From: Octopus vulgaris
Taxonomy: Eukaryota
NCBI GenBank assembly: GCA_951406725.2
Contig: OX597824.1
Span: forward strand, 78,058,001 to 78,122,000
Direction of reading: 5' to 3'
DNA length: 64,000 nucleotides
In this document: positions 1-13,539 of the stretch, one piece after another
Layout: each line of letters starts with the position of its first letter
Numbering within the stretch: position 1 is the stretch's first letter
The notes under the pieces: model-generated
Databases searched by the model: none
The model's input: the letters and a program-made list of their open reading frames with translations, nothing else
What the model was told of the DNA's origin: nothing
Position numbers and translations under genes: made by a program

Positions 1-160
1 TTAATCGAGCATCTCGACCCCGGGACTTATTCTTTTGTAAGCCCAGTACTTATTCTATAGGTCTCTTTTGCCGAACCGCTAAGTAACGGGGTCATAAACA
101 CACCAGCATCAGTTGTCAAGCAATGCTAGGGGGACAAACACAGACACACAAACACACACA

Positions 161-202
<42 letters not shown>

Positions 203-364
203 TACGACAGGCTTCTTTCAGTTTCCGTCTACCAAATCCACTCACAAGGCTTTGGTCGGCCCGAGACTATAGTAGAAGACACTTGCCCAAGGTGCCACGC
301 AGTGGGACTGAACCCGGAACCATGTGGTTGGTAAACAAGCTACTTACCACACAGCCACTCCTGC
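1..364 (-). mobile_element. tRNA-derived SINE family A, 3' end cut by window edge
   Basis: Reverse complement has A box TGGCTGTGTGG and B box GGTTCAGTCCC, an internal (TA)n/(TG)n tract, and matches more than 10 other copies in the window. Confidence 0.9.
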
Positions 365-1079
365 ACATTCAGAGTTCTTTTCCCATTGCAATATTTTGGT
401 GATTAATTGTCAGCTCTTTTTAAATAGTATTTCCATTCATTGGTACACACAATCATGTCTGGTTAACATTGCTTCGTAATTATGTGGCTATGGGTTCCAA
501 ACAACAACACGGTGCCTTGAGAAAGTGTCTAATACCACAGCCGTCTCTTCACATTTATATACATGTATAGTAAAATACAAACGGTCTACGAAGACCCTTC
601 TAATTAAATTATGATACGTGGAGACTGATATCTTACATCACTGATGGTACTAAGTATAAGGAATTGTTAAATACTTATATACAACTACATATTAATAAGT
701 TATATTATGAAATCTAAATGGATATTATATTTCGATTTCGATCCACCCCCACCCAAGTTCCATTTTAATATAGATATACTAAAACTCCGAAATTCACAGT
801 ATTCCCGATATCAGAGAATTCGGATAAGCGATTCTCAACCTGTATCATAGGCCATGTGTGGGGGTTTAAAACGCAGCTTTGCAGCGACATGGTTTCCTGT
901 TCAAATCCTCTGCGTGTCATCTTGTATACGAACACCAATTTTTCCTTGTGATCAGCTTGAAGAATTGTTAAGGTGTTTTTTCTAACATGAAACCAAAGGT
1001 AGCCTTAAGACACAAATAAACAATGCTTATCCACCAATGCGGTATTAAGCACTTATTCTCATTCTTCGACATTTACGTA

Positions 1080-1124
<45 letters not shown>

Positions 1125-1127
<3 letters not shown>

Positions 1128-1304
1128 TGGCTGTGTGGTAGGTAGCTTGCTTACGAACCACAGGGTTCTAGATTGAGTCCCACTGCGTGGCACCTTGGGC
1201 AAGTGTCTGCTATTAATATTGCCTCGGGCTGACCAAAGCCTTGTGAGTGGTTTTGGTAGACGGAAATTCAAAGAATCCCGCCGTATACATACATACACAC
1301 ACAC

Positions 1305-1345
<41 letters not shown>

Positions 1346-1586
1346 CATTTGCGTGTGTTTGTGTGTGTGTGTATGTGTGTGTGTGTGTGCGTGTTTCCGC
1401 CCACCATTACTTAATAAGTGATGTTGGTATGTTTACGTCCCTGTAATTTAGCGGTTCGGCCAAAGACACCGATAGAATAAGTACTAGGCTTACAAAGAAT
1501 TAGTCCTGGGGTCGATTTGTTTGACTAAAGGCGATGCTCCAACATGGCCGCAGTGAAATGACTGAAACAAAATAAAAGAATAAAAG

Positions 1587-1590
<4 letters not shown>
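1125..1590 (+). mobile_element. SINE family A
   Basis: Head tggctgtgtggtaggtagcttg...gagtcccactgcgtggcaccttgggcaag; tail ...gactgaaacaaaataaaaga. Confidence 0.9.
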
Positions 1591-1674
<84 letters not shown>

Positions 1675-1738
1675 TTTATGTATATATATATATATATATA
1701 TACATACACGCGCATATATATATATACATACATATGCG

Positions 1739-1780
<42 letters not shown>

Positions 1781-2582
1781 TATATATATATATATGTGTG
1801 TGTGTGTTGCCTCTACGTTGGTTCTAATATATTTAGTCAATACGTAGGATTCTTACATTTACGAGGTTAAAATTTTAAAACAGCAGGAAATACAACAAAA
1901 ACATCGGCATTCAATCCTAGAAACAATTATACCTACCACAGGAAAACCAGTTGTTGTTGTTTTCAAACATCAAATGCTTCATGTTTGCTCAGAAATCGAA
2001 CCTTCCACGAGTGTACGTTTTGCTTTGATTGTAGAAAGCTCCTAGGATATATTTCTCATACAAAGAAAATACTAAATATTTGGTGACATAACTATTCTAT
2101 TAACAATGGTTTTTGCTAATCCAATGTTGGCGGTTAATATGTGCATAATGCAATGCATTGTGACTGCCTACTGTTTGAATAGCCCACATATAGTTGATCA
2201 CGACAGAAACAATGCTTCTCAAAGCTATAACCGACAAGAGACTGGCCTTGACGTGGCAAAATAAAATCTGACAGGAAATGAGTGTTTTGAATTGAAAAAA
2301 AGGAAAGAAAAAGTAATAAATAAAACGCTGGAGCTGGCAGTAGAATTCTGTTTGGAAATATTTGACTTCAGTTATCGTATTTTGTTGTTAGCTACAGAAA
2401 AGTAAGATGGCGGTTGATTTCACAAACATTTAGCGTAAGCAGACGACGGCAGTATTTATATACGCAGATACAGAAACATACATAATACATACATACATAC
2501 ATACATACATACATACACACATACATACACACATACATACATACAAATATACACATACATGCATAAATAAATATACATGTAT

Positions 2583-2971
2583 AGGTGTAGGAGTGGCTAT
2601 GTGGTAAGTAGCTTGCTTACCAACAACATGGTTCCGGGTTCAGTCCCACTGCGTGGCATATTGGACAAGTGTCTTCTACTATAGTCCCGGGCCGACCAAA
2701 GCCTTCTGAGTGGATTTTGTAGACGGAAACTGAAAGAAGTCCATCGTATATATGTATGTGTGTGTATGTTTGTGTGTCTGTGCTCCCCCCTCCAACATCG
2801 CTTGACAACCGATGCTGGTGTGTTTACGTCCCCGTAACTTAGCGGTTCAGCAAAAAGACCGATATAATAAGTACTAGGCATACAAAGAATAAGTCCTGGT
2901 GTCGATTTGCTCGACTAAAGGCGGTGCTCCAGCAAGGCCACAGTCAAATGACTGAAACAAGTAAAAGAGTA
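2583..2971 (+). mobile_element. SINE family A
   Basis: Full head (ggagtggctatgtgg...ggttcagtccc) through tail gactgaaacaagtaaaagagta. Confidence 0.9.
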
Positions 2972-3139
2972 TACATACATACATATGCATACATGCATAA
3001 ATAAATATACATATAAATAAATAAATACACATACATAAATAAATATGCATACATACATACACGTATACATAAACAAATACATAAATAATGATACATACAC
3101 ACATACATATATACATACAAACATAAAGAAATAAACATG

Positions 3140-3338
3140 TATACATACATACATACATGTATACATACATGCATACATACATACATACATACATACATAC
3201 ATACATACATACATACATACATACATACATACATACATGCATACATACATGCATACATACATACATACATACATACATACATACATACATACATACATAC
3301 ATACATACATACATACATACATACATACATACATACAT
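3140..3338. repeat. (TACA)n microsatellite
   Basis: Direct reading; source of the MYVC/HTYI pseudo-ORFs. Confidence 0.95.
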
Positions 3339-3590
3339 AAGCAAGCATTATATGACTCTAAATTTGAACATATGAGAATTGAGTGGAAGATAGATGAAGC
3401 AAAGTAGCGCAAAAATAAACGAAACGAAATCACTCCGCCCCCTCAAGGAAAAAAAAGGAAGCCATCTAAGTCACAAATCGATATTCTGGTGCTGTTGCTG
3501 GTGCTGGTGGATATCTGTAGTTTGACGAAAAACATTCAGTTATTCGACCAACTGAATTAATGTTTACATAGCTCAATATTCCACGGACGT

Positions 3591-3978
3591 GGAGGCGCAA
3601 TGGCTCAGTGGTTAGGGCAGCGGACTCGCGGTCATAGGATCGCGGTTTCGATTTCCAGACCGGGCGTTGTGAGTGTTTATTGCGCGAAAACACCTAAAGC
3701 TCCACGAGTCTCCAACAGGGAATGGTGGTGATCCCTGCTGTACTCTTTCACCACAACTTTCTCTCACTCTTACTTCCTGTTTCTGTTGTGCCTGTATTTC
3801 AAAGGGCCGGCCTTGTCACTCTCTGTGTCACGCCGAATATCCCCGAGAACTACGTTAAGGGTACACGTGTCTGTGGGGTGCTTAGCCACTTACACGTTAA
3901 TTTCACGAGCAGGCTGTTCCGTTGATTCGGATCAACCGGAACCCTCGTCGTCGTAACCGACGGAGTGCTTCCACCACC
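3591..3978 (+). mobile_element. tRNA-derived SINE family B with 13-bp TSD
   Basis: Head ggaggcgcaatggctcagtggttagggcagcggactcgcgg...ggtttcgatttcc; (CCA)n tail; TSD attccacggacgt at 3578-3590 and 3979-3991. Confidence 0.92.
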
Positions 3979-4389
3979 ATTCCACGGACGTTTGTACTCT
4001 TCTGCGTAATTCTCAGACAAATCAGCGAAGATACAATGGTTGACGGCAGAGACGTTCTTTTTGAATTACAAGCAGAAACCATCGGACAGGCTTCATTGCA
4101 GTTTCCATCTGATAAATTTTCACTCAGAAAAAAGTATTATGCCACGCAGTGCGTTCGAGCTCGGCACCTCGTCTTTGCAGAACGGACTTCTTACCCATTC
4201 AGTGATGCGTCGAAGTTTAAAAACGTGTCAAAAATATTTCAGTTAATCATAATATAATACTCAATATTCATTTCTACTCTAGGCACAAGGCCCGAAATTT
4301 TTGGGCAGGGGTCCAGTCCAGTCGATAAGATGGACCCCAGGAAGCAACTCGTACTTAATTTATCGACCTCGAAAATTTATCGACCTTCC

Positions 4390-4820
4390 TTCTAAGCATC
4401 CTCCTAATTCTCTCATACTTCACCATCTCCCTCTCAAACCTTGAACAACCATCATGCACTATCTACCTCCATCCATCGCAGTCTTGTCCCTCCCTCTCCC
4501 AATCACCAGCTGCAATTCCTGTCTGTATTAGAGCATTTTTAAGGCAATCCTTAAACCTTAGTTTAGGCTTATGCGCTGGTCTAGCATTTTCCAGCTCACC
4601 ATACAATAGTTGCTTGGGCAGTCGCTCATCACTCATCCTTACCAAATGCTCCCCTCACCTCAAACGTCTTTCCAAAGTCATTGAATCTATACTTCTATTG
4701 CCATTCATCTCAAGCCCCTCCACATTACTAATGGCCATTTTTCAGCTCATCCCACAAATTTTCCTCAGACAGTATTGATGGTACCGTTCTAATTGCCTTA
4801 CATACCTTAACTTTAATTTG
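4390..4820 (-). pseudogene. RTE-clade LINE 3' coding remnant
   Basis: ORF 4463-4645 VRMSDERLPKQLLYGELENARPAHKPKLRFKDCLK resembles the RTE/BovB C-terminal motif (RM...RLPKQLLYGEL..G.R...R.KD). Confidence 0.8.
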
Positions 4821-4975
4821 TGAAGTTATATTATGTTGTTTCCACAGACGCCTATGAAGCCTACCAAAAGCACACACATACATCTATACACACGCACACA
4901 CACACACACATTCACATACACACACACATACATACACACACAAACACACACACACACACACACACAAATATTTTT

Positions 4976-5229
4976 AAGGGATCGTGGTAAGGCCAGAAGA
5001 ATGTGAAGTAAATGCAAGGCAAATCACAAGAACATAAATTTAACAATTAATTTAGACTTTGTATTCAATATTTCGGGGTTATGACCCCATTTTCAAGAAA
5101 TTAACGAATGTTGCCGTCATAACTCCGCAATATTGAATACAAGGTAAGTCTACATTAATTCATAAATTTGTTTTCTTGGAATTTGCCTTGCATTTACTTC
5201 GCATTGTTCTGGCCTTACCCAGAATCCTT
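4976..5229. mobile_element. Foldback/MITE-like palindromic element
   Basis: About 110-bp imperfect inverted arms (ggtaaggccagaagaatg...gttatgac / gtcataac...cattgttctggccttacc) around a short spacer. Confidence 0.75.
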
Positions 5230-5517
5230 TATTCAATATATTCTACACAACGCTTCATAGTAATTATATATATATATTTATAATTACATTAATTTCTAAT
5301 GTCTTTTAATTAAAGGAGTGTTACAAGAAAAATCTGCTGATAAATTGATATCAGAATATTAAAAGCAACTGAAACTGTATAAAAATCTGTCTAAGCCTTT
5401 AATGAAAAAACTGTGGTGCGTGTATGATATTAAATAATGGTTGATAAATTGAGACGACAAGAAATAAATGTTCATGCTTAATTCAAACAGAGTTTCCATT
5501 CAGCTAGTAATATTTTA

Positions 5518-5904
5518 GTGGAGGCGCAATTACCCAGTGGTTAGGGCAGCGGACTCGCGGTCATAGGATCGCGGTTTCGATTCCCAGACCGGGCGTTGTG
5601 AGCGTTTATTGAGCGAAAACAGCTAAAGCTCCACGAGGCTCCGGCAGGGTTGGTGGTGATCCCTGCTGAACTCTTTCACCACAACTTTCTCTCACTCTTA
5701 CTTCCTGTTTCTGTTGTACCTGTATTTCAAAGGGCCGGCCTTGTCACTCTCTGTGTCACGCTGAATATCCCCGAGAACTGCGTTAAGGGTACACGTGTCT
5801 GTGGAGTGCTCAGCCACTTACACGTAAATTTCACGAGCAGGCTGTTCCGTTGATCGGATCAACCGGAACCCTCGTCGTCGTAACCGACGGAGTGCTTCCC
5901 ACCC
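5518..5904 (+). mobile_element. SINE family B with 12-bp TSD
   Basis: Near-identical to 3591-3978; TSD agtaatatttta at 5506-5517 and 5905-5916. Confidence 0.92.
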
Positions 5905-6342
5905 AGTAATATTTTAATTCTGCGCTCGAACTTTGAATACAGCGGATGTCAAATTTGCCTCGCATCTTCTCAGGCTCGATTTTAAAAAGTGACATTATAT
6001 CAAAGTGCAGCATTGACAGGACTTTTAGTAAGTCGGGCAAGATGCTTTGCAGTATTTGTTCTGGATCTGCACACTAACAGCAGGACCTGAAAGGACACTG
6101 GTGCCAAGCCGATTTCGCCGAATTCAACGGTGTTTTCTTTGGATAAATATTGGTGTTGGGAAGAGAGGTGGCATATATGCACATGAATCTGCCACTCTTC
6201 CTCTAAAAAATCTTACCCAGGGTTGCACAGAGATATGCTGATACAGGGTCAAAATCGACAGAGACGTATCCTACATATAAAGCCTAATTTTCACGCCGAA
6301 ATCAAAGTAAATTTTCATCAAAGTACACACATCGGTCATGTA

Positions 6343-6744
6343 ACAAGGTCCGACATTTTTGTGGAGGGGACCAGTTGATTGGATCGACCCTAGTACGCAA
6401 CTGGCACTTAATTTATCGACTCCAGAAAGGATAAAAAGTAAAGTCGACCTCGGTGGAATTTGAAATCAGAACATAAAGACAGACGAAATAATACTAAGCA
6501 CTTCGCCCGGCGCGCTAACGTTTCTTATTTCTTTACAGCGCATAAGGGGTTAAACATAGAGGGGACAAACGGATTAAGTTGATTACATCGACCCCATTGC
6601 GTAACTGGTACTTATTTAATCGACTCCGAAAGGCTGAAAGGCAAAGTCGACCTCGGCGGAATTTGAATTCAGAACGTAACACCAGACGAAATACCGCTAA
6701 GTATTTCGCCCGGCGCGCTAACGTTTCTGCCAGCTCGCCACCTT
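6343..6744 (-). mobile_element. Two adjacent SINE family C copies (MetaSINE-like core)
   Basis: Reverse complement of gtcgactttgcctttcatcc...gtcgataaattaagtaccag occurs twice; head ggcgagctggcagaaacgttagc near 6740. Confidence 0.85.
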
Positions 6745-7142
6745 ACAGGGAACATATATTGACTCTTGACAGTAGGAGCAGTCTCAAATCGATTGCACCT
6801 TTAGCTTATAAGGTTGCTATGTTCAAAGACTGTTGATGTCTTGAAGGGAATAAACTCTTTTCAATTTGAAAATCAACCCTGACCTTCCACTGATATCTCC
6901 GAAAAAATCTAACAAAAAGTAAGAAAAGTCTGTACATATACATGTGTGTGTGTGAGTGTGCTTGCGTGTGTGTGTGTGTCTGCGTGTGTGTGTGTGTGAT
7001 TTATTCATATATATTGTGCTGGAACACCCACAATGCCAGAAATAAGTGCTAAAGTGCTCTGATACAGCAGACAACGCACACAATTGTATACATGTCTATT
7101 GATAGCGACTGTAAAACGGCCGGAAGTGACAGTCTTGATATC

Positions 7143-7193
7143 CCAGGACTGTCGATAGTTTCGGCTTTAAGACTAAAGCACTCATCAGCATGG
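7143..7193 (-). ncRNA. Type I hammerhead ribozyme motif (Penelope-type)
   Basis: Minus strand: ccatg-CTGATGA-g(t)gcttta gtct taaagc c-GAAA-ctatcgaca-GTC-ctgg. Core intact, stem II 7 bp with one bulge, near-palindromic stem III, weak stem I. Confidence 0.7.
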
Positions 7194-7475
7194 TCGGAAC
7201 AACTCACCAGTTTCCCAACAAGAACGCCAGCAGTATGTATGTCTACTCCATAGAAATCTATATATTCTATGCATTCCGCTTTCACTGGTTTTATGTATAG
7301 AACTGCGACTATGTCTAATAAATCGATTGCTGTACGTAATTTTTAAGTCTGGTATTTATTCCATCGGTTACGCTTGGCGAATCTCTACGTTACGGGGACG
7401 CTGGTTCTCAAGAGGTGCTGAGGAACAAACAAACACAAAGACACACGCATACAAACGCATATTACACAATAGGGT

Positions 7476-7709
7476 AAGGCGGCAAGCTGGCAGAAACGTC
7501 AGCACACCGGGCAAAATGCTTAGCGGGATTTCGACTGCCGTTACGTTCTGAGTTCAAATTCCTCCGAGGTCGACTTTGCCTTTCATCCTTTCGGGGTCGA
7601 TAAATTAAGTAACAGTTACGCACTGGGGTCGATGTAATCGACTTAATCCGTTTGTCTGTCCTTGTTTGTCCTCTCTATGTTTAGCCCCTTGGGGGCAATA
7701 AAGAAATAA
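7476..7709 (+). mobile_element. SINE family C
   Basis: aaggcggcaagctggcagaaacg...gagttcaaattcc...taaagaaata. Confidence 0.9.
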
Positions 7710-9365
7710 TATTACACAACGGGGTTTCCACAGTTTCCCCTCAACCAATTTCACTCACAATGCATCAGTCAACCGCGAGACCATAGTAGAAGTTCATGGT
7801 ACCGCGCAGTAGGACTGAACCCGAAATCATGTTTCACAGAGCGATGAGAGAGGAGAGGGGGAGAGAGAGAGAGAGAGAGGGTGAGAGACAGAGGGACAGA
7901 GAGAAATTTCTTCTACATCCTTACGTATTGAATCAATGACTGGTCTTCTTAGTCCATTGGTTAAAGACATGTACTCATATGTGGGTGAGTATACCGATAT
8001 GTCGAGTGGCGATCCTTTGTATAAAAAATGCTAACAGCTATTCGATAAATAGAAATCAATAAAACAAGCAGCAGAATAGAACAAGTGATGGGGTCGATCA
8101 AATCGATTAAGAAATTTTGAAGGCAGTATTATTGTTGTTACATAGACGAAATGAGTAAGAGAATAAAGAAATAGCTAATCCATTAATAAATATTTACTTT
8201 CCTTGTTACTAGAGATTTCTGTTAATCCTGTACATTAGTTTACGTGAGTCTTTCAATGATTATTTATATCCGTCGACTTTGGTGCATTTAGAGGTTCTGA
8301 AAATAAATGGACTACATGCCAAATATAAAACAAATGAAATGGCTAGTTCCATTAACATAATAACAGAGGAATCGGCTTGAAAAATGGAGAAAATATTACT
8401 GAATAATCGTGAAGATATTCTCTTCTGGTGAATTAAAAGAAAATTAACCTAAACCTCAATGTTTATTCCAGAAAGAAACTGATCAAACAATATTTTATTT
8501 GTATTTCTTTGCGATTTTTTAAAGCAAAATTCTTCTTGATAAAGATTTAGCCATAGGCAAGCTGGGTAATATTGCAGTTGACTGAGAGAAAAATAAAAGG
8601 ATATACATAAAAAGAGAAAATTTAAATGAGCAAAAAAGAGAGAAGAAAAGGGACAATGGTAATTCAGTCGCCATTTTAGTTTTGTATAAACACACAAAAT
8701 TTCTTTTTTGTCTTTCATTTTCCTACAATATAAGGCAACTGAAATAAGAAAAGATTTTATTAGAATACCAAATTTAGCTTTCTATGATAATACTTAATGA
8801 AGAGAAGATATATAATTTTCTTTTTCTTTTAATGAACTGGCAAATTAAGTATAACCACGAGGTGTTTTAGGAAGCATTCACTAAAAGTAATTGACGAAAA
8901 AAAATGTTAAGAAAATAAAATAAAAAAAGGTAGTTTGGGGTTTCAAATGCGTTGTTTCAGGTATTTGCTTAGTTATTTACATCTGCGTGTTGTGTATTTT
9001 GAATGAAAATCGATAAAAAAGAAACACTTTCAAATTGTATCTAACTTTAAATAAGAAGGATTGGAGCACTTTCTTGATATTATTTCCGATAATCGTGAAA
9101 CTGTACGATTCTTTATAGTCCAGGCTTCTTTACTCCTGTTTCATAAAAGCTTTTTGCAACGTATGTGACTAATTTATGTACGTATTTCTTCACGTATTAT
9201 TTTATTTATACCGCACAGCGATCTTCCAGTCTTCCTCGAGCTACGTTTCATCACCATCTTCGTATGGTGATGGCGTAATACTGTTTAGCGAAGGGATTTT
9301 GTCATTGGCGCCCTTTGAGATGGAGACAGAGATAAGTTCCTTCGAAACTCTACACACTGACAGAG

Positions 9366-9404
<39 letters not shown>

Positions 9405-10717
9405 CTCATTATCTTTTACCTCTACACACTGACAGAGAGACAGAAAGAGAGAGAGAGAGACAGAGCCTCATTATCGTTTGTATACGGGACTGAGAACTAG
9501 CCATATTTTTCGGTCACATTCGTCTTTGTAATCGGACGTATAACCGGTGATGTTTCTGGAAGAACGGTTTCTGTACCCTGCTCAATATATTTGTGTTTCT
9601 CTATCAATCGTATGAAGGCCCTCAAATAGCTTCTGCGCCCACGATTGTAATAACTGGGCTCTTCTCCTTTTGTACTATCAGTTGTATAGTCTTATACACA
9701 ACACCTACAATGGGACAAAATTCTAGAATGCCTTTGTGGTCCTGAGAAGACATAAGATCTTGCGAGTCGATGCTAATCCCATCATACCATAAATCAGTTC
9801 TCGCTAGTTGTGTACTCGTCGCTCGCCCACATCCTCTTTACAAAAAGGAGAACGAGCCAAGAGTCAGTATTAATTAAGTGTTATTGTTGTATTGCGCAAC
9901 CTCATATATTGTTGCTCAAGGCTTAAGAGCGGGAGTATCGCGTTCAATTTATGTATGCCTGCAATGTTTCTGAAACTCAAGCAGACAGTACCATAGGCTT
10001 TGCCTGTTTTTATGTAAGAGGCACACGCCCAAATAGCTAAGCGTGTCTCCTTAAATCTGATCATTAAAAATATAGAAAAGACACCTCTCCTGCCTTGTAG
10101 AACAAAAAAAAATCTGATTCCCTCTTCTCTGATTCTTAAAGTATTCTTTGATCAGATAGACGCAGTTCTTTTGAACTCAGTTCTGTGAATAATTCGTTTC
10201 AGATTGCATATTGGATATGATCAATATTTCAAAGGAGAGGCAACTCGTCAAAATAAACTTCAATTTATTTGCCGTCGTGATTTTTTTAAATGTGAATTTT
10301 AGCATTATTGCTGTCGTCGCCGAGTGAATTCTGAGAATCACTAGATTATCCCTACCAAAAAGAAAAATTTTCGACTTTTTAAGACATGTGTGAATTGTTG
10401 TAGAACATGCGCTGAGTTTAATCTACTACCTAGGGTCAGAGTTGCATTTTTTTTCCTGCTTGATAGGTATCAGTGGAGTCGCAAGGGTATGTTTTTAGGG
10501 GCGGAGCAAGCTCGATTCTGAGGTTGTGATTTCAATTTCTGGATTGTAGTGTTGTGCTTTTGCGCAAAGCATTCTTTCACATCGCTCCAGTCCAGTCAGA
10601 TGCAAATGAGTTTCAACAATATGTGGACGCTAACCATACGATAAATCGAGAACCCGTCCAGGGGTCGGGGAGGATTTTAAACTCTGTCATACGCAATGGA
10701 AAGTGGGGGTTACCTAA

Positions 10718-10970
10718 GTGGAGGCGCGTGGCTTAGTGGTTAGCGTGTCAGCATCACGATCGTAAGATTGTGGTTTCGATTCCTGGACCGGGCGATGCGT
10801 TGTGTTTTTGAGCAAAACGCTTCATTTCACGTTGCTCCAGTCCACTCAGCAGGCAAAAATGAGTAACGCTGCGATGGACTGGCGTCCCGTCCAGCTTAGG
10901 AACACATACGCCAGAGAAACCGGGAAAACGGGCCCATGAGCTTGGCTAGGCTTTAAAAGGGCGCATTTAT
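10718..10970 (+). mobile_element. tRNA-derived SINE family D (CORE-like plus V-like domains)
   Basis: A box tggcttagtgg, B box ggtttcgattcc, ttgagcaaaacgcttcatttcac..., ctgcgatggactggcgtcccgtccag; partial reverse copy at 37177-37313. Confidence 0.8.
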
Positions 10971-11077
10971 GGTTCCTAGAGTTTATAACAAACTAAATTC
11001 CAAGCGACAGGCGTTTTTGTTTTGTAACTCGATGTCATTATGGATGAAGTTGAACTTAAATATAAAAATATCGTTAG

Positions 11078-11484
11078 TCTTTTACTCTTTTACTTGTTTC
11101 AGTCATTTGACTGCGGCCATGCTGGAGCACCGCCTTTAGTCAAGCAAATCGACCCCAGGACTTATTCTTTTGTAAGCCCAGTACTTATTCTATCGGTCTC
11201 TTTTGCCGAACCGCTAAGTGACGTGGACGTAAACACACCAGCATCGGTTGTCAAGCAATGCTAGGGGGACAAACACAGACACACAAACATATATACACAC
11301 ACTTAAATATATATATACATATATACGACAGGCGTCTTTCAGTTTCCGTCTACCAAATCCACTCACAAGGCATTGGTCGGCCCGGGGCTATAGCAGAAGA
11401 CACTTGCCCAAGATGCCACGCAGTGGGACTGAACTCGGAAACATGTGGTTGGTTAGCAAGCTACTTACCACACAGCCACTCCTG
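11078..11484 (-). mobile_element. SINE family A
   Basis: Full-length reverse copy. Confidence 0.9.
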
Positions 11485-11890
11485 AAAATTAGTTGTGAAA
11501 AAGCGGACGTAATAGCTTTACTTGATACGAATATGTTAAAAATGATCGCCAGTTTCTAAAACAATAAATACTCGTAGGAAAACGTATAAATCCAAAAACT
11601 ATGTATAAAAGATCGAAGGATATGTCTTCACTCGTTAGAACCAACAGCAACAGTAATAATATTGGTTTCAAATTTTGGAAGAAAGTCAGCAATTTCGGAG
11701 CAGGAAATAAGTAATAATGATTACGTCACCAATAGTGTTCAAATCGAACTTATTTTTTATCGATCACGAAAGAATGAAAGGCAAAGTCAAGCTCGGCGGA
11801 ATTTGAACTCAAAAAGCGAAGCAGGAAAGCGTATCGTCTGGCGAGCTAAAGAACCTGTTAGTTCGACGCCTTCAATATATATTTAACAAT

Positions 11891-12622
11891 AAGGCGGCTA
11901 GCTGGCAGAACCGTTAGCACGCCGGGCGAAATGTGTAGCCGTATTTCGTCTGTCGTTACGTTCCGAGTTCAAATTCCGCCGAGGTCAGTTTGTCTTTCAT
12001 CTTTTCGGGGTCGATAAATTAAGTACCAGTTACGCACTGTGGTCGATATAATCGACTTAATCCCTTAGTCTGTTCTCATTTGTCCCCTCTATGTTTAGCT
12101 CCTTGTGGGTAATAAAGAAACGAATATATATTTAATAATAAGGCGGCGAGTTGGCAGAACCGTTAGCACGCCGAGCGAAATGCGTAGCCGTATTTCTTCT
12201 GTCTTTACGTTCCGAGTTCAAATTCCGCCGAGGTCGACTTTGCCTTTCATCCTTTCGGGGTCGATAAATTAAGTACCAATTACGCACTGGGGTTCATATA
12301 ATCGACTTAATCCCTTAGTATGTTCTTATTTGTCCCCTCTATGTTTAGCCCCTTGTGGGTAATAAAGAAACGAATATATATTTAATAATAAGGCGGCGAG
12401 TTGGCAGGACCGTTAGCACACCGAGCGAAATGCGTAGCCGTATTTCGTCTGTCTTTACGTTCCGAGTTCAAATTCCGCCGAGGTCGACTTTGCCTTTCTT
12501 CCTTTCGGGGTCGATAAATTAAGTACCAGTTACGCACTGGGGTCGATATAATCGACTTAATCCGTTTGTCTGTCCTTGTTTGTCCCCCCTGTGCTTAGCC
12601 CCTTGTGGGTAGTAAAGAAATA
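11891..12622 (+). mobile_element. Three tandem SINE family C copies (period about 250 bp)
   Basis: Units start at 11891, 12140 and 12390, joined by the linker cgaatatatatttaataat. Confidence 0.92.
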
Positions 12623-13539
12623 GTTACTTAACAATACAAAATAAGCATTCTTAAACTGAGTGTCAAGAACTGCGAACTGTCTTTGGTCAAATATGTATTG
12701 AAGTAATGTGAGGTAATACTTGAATCAAACAGCATAAACATGATAATTAATGTATATTCACTTACCCTCTGTAATGTATCAAGTTCTGCGGAGGAAACAT
12801 CTACGCCTTTTCTCAATTAGTATGTCTTTAACAGACTTATTGATTGCAAACGACACTTATCACTGGATGAAATTGTATCTGTACATCCTCACACAAGCGC
12901 ACGCGCATAAAATGTGTTTGTGTACGTGATGATATTTCTCTATTGCGGAGAACATTACTCTCTTTACTTTGTGTGATTTTATCGTTACAGCTACACTCCC
13001 AGAAGGCGATGATCGGCAAAAACGATGCGTCGAACAAAGTCTCTTGTAGTGATTAGTTATTTTTTACCAGATTCAGTTTTCGACCATGCTGGAACACTAC
13101 TGTCAAGAATTTAAATTGATAAAATCGACCTCAAAATCTCGACTTGAATTTTCATTCAATGATCATTCCAATGAATTTGAACAATTTCTCGTTTCATTTT
13201 GTGCAGGCGTAGTGTTGAGATACACTGTTGATACTATTTCAATATATGTATTGTATTGACTTGCTTTTCAAGTACTTTTTTTAAGAGCATATATCATTGT
13301 ACAAATAGTCACTCTAAATTAAATAATATTTCGTTTTTATTCAACTGCCTTGCAAATTCGCTTTGCACGAAAGAAGCTATTTTCAGTACATCACCATATT
13401 TTTTTATATTTCACCTCCAACACCAGATGTAATATTTCTAAACTTCCACTTATTCTTGTCCTGTAATATTCTATGTTTATATATTATTAAGATTATCATT
13501 CCTCCTGTAGCTTCATTCTCCTGCCAGATCCCAATTACA

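Noticed and set aside
113-334. Recurrent ORFs such as ...EDTCPRCHAVGLNPEPCGW, suggesting a gene family
   Set aside because: Antisense read-through of SINE family A
800-845. Single Tigger-like terminus cggataagcgattctcaacctgta (also a hAT-like end near 38440-38453)
   Set aside because: No matching opposite TIR found
1490-3433. Long YI/MYVC/HTYI ORFs here and throughout the window
   Set aside because: Translations of di- and tetranucleotide microsatellites that lack stop codons
3591-3665. tRNA-like sequences with A and B boxes
   Set aside because: They continue into SINE bodies with TSDs and lack a proper acceptor stem, so they are not tRNA genes
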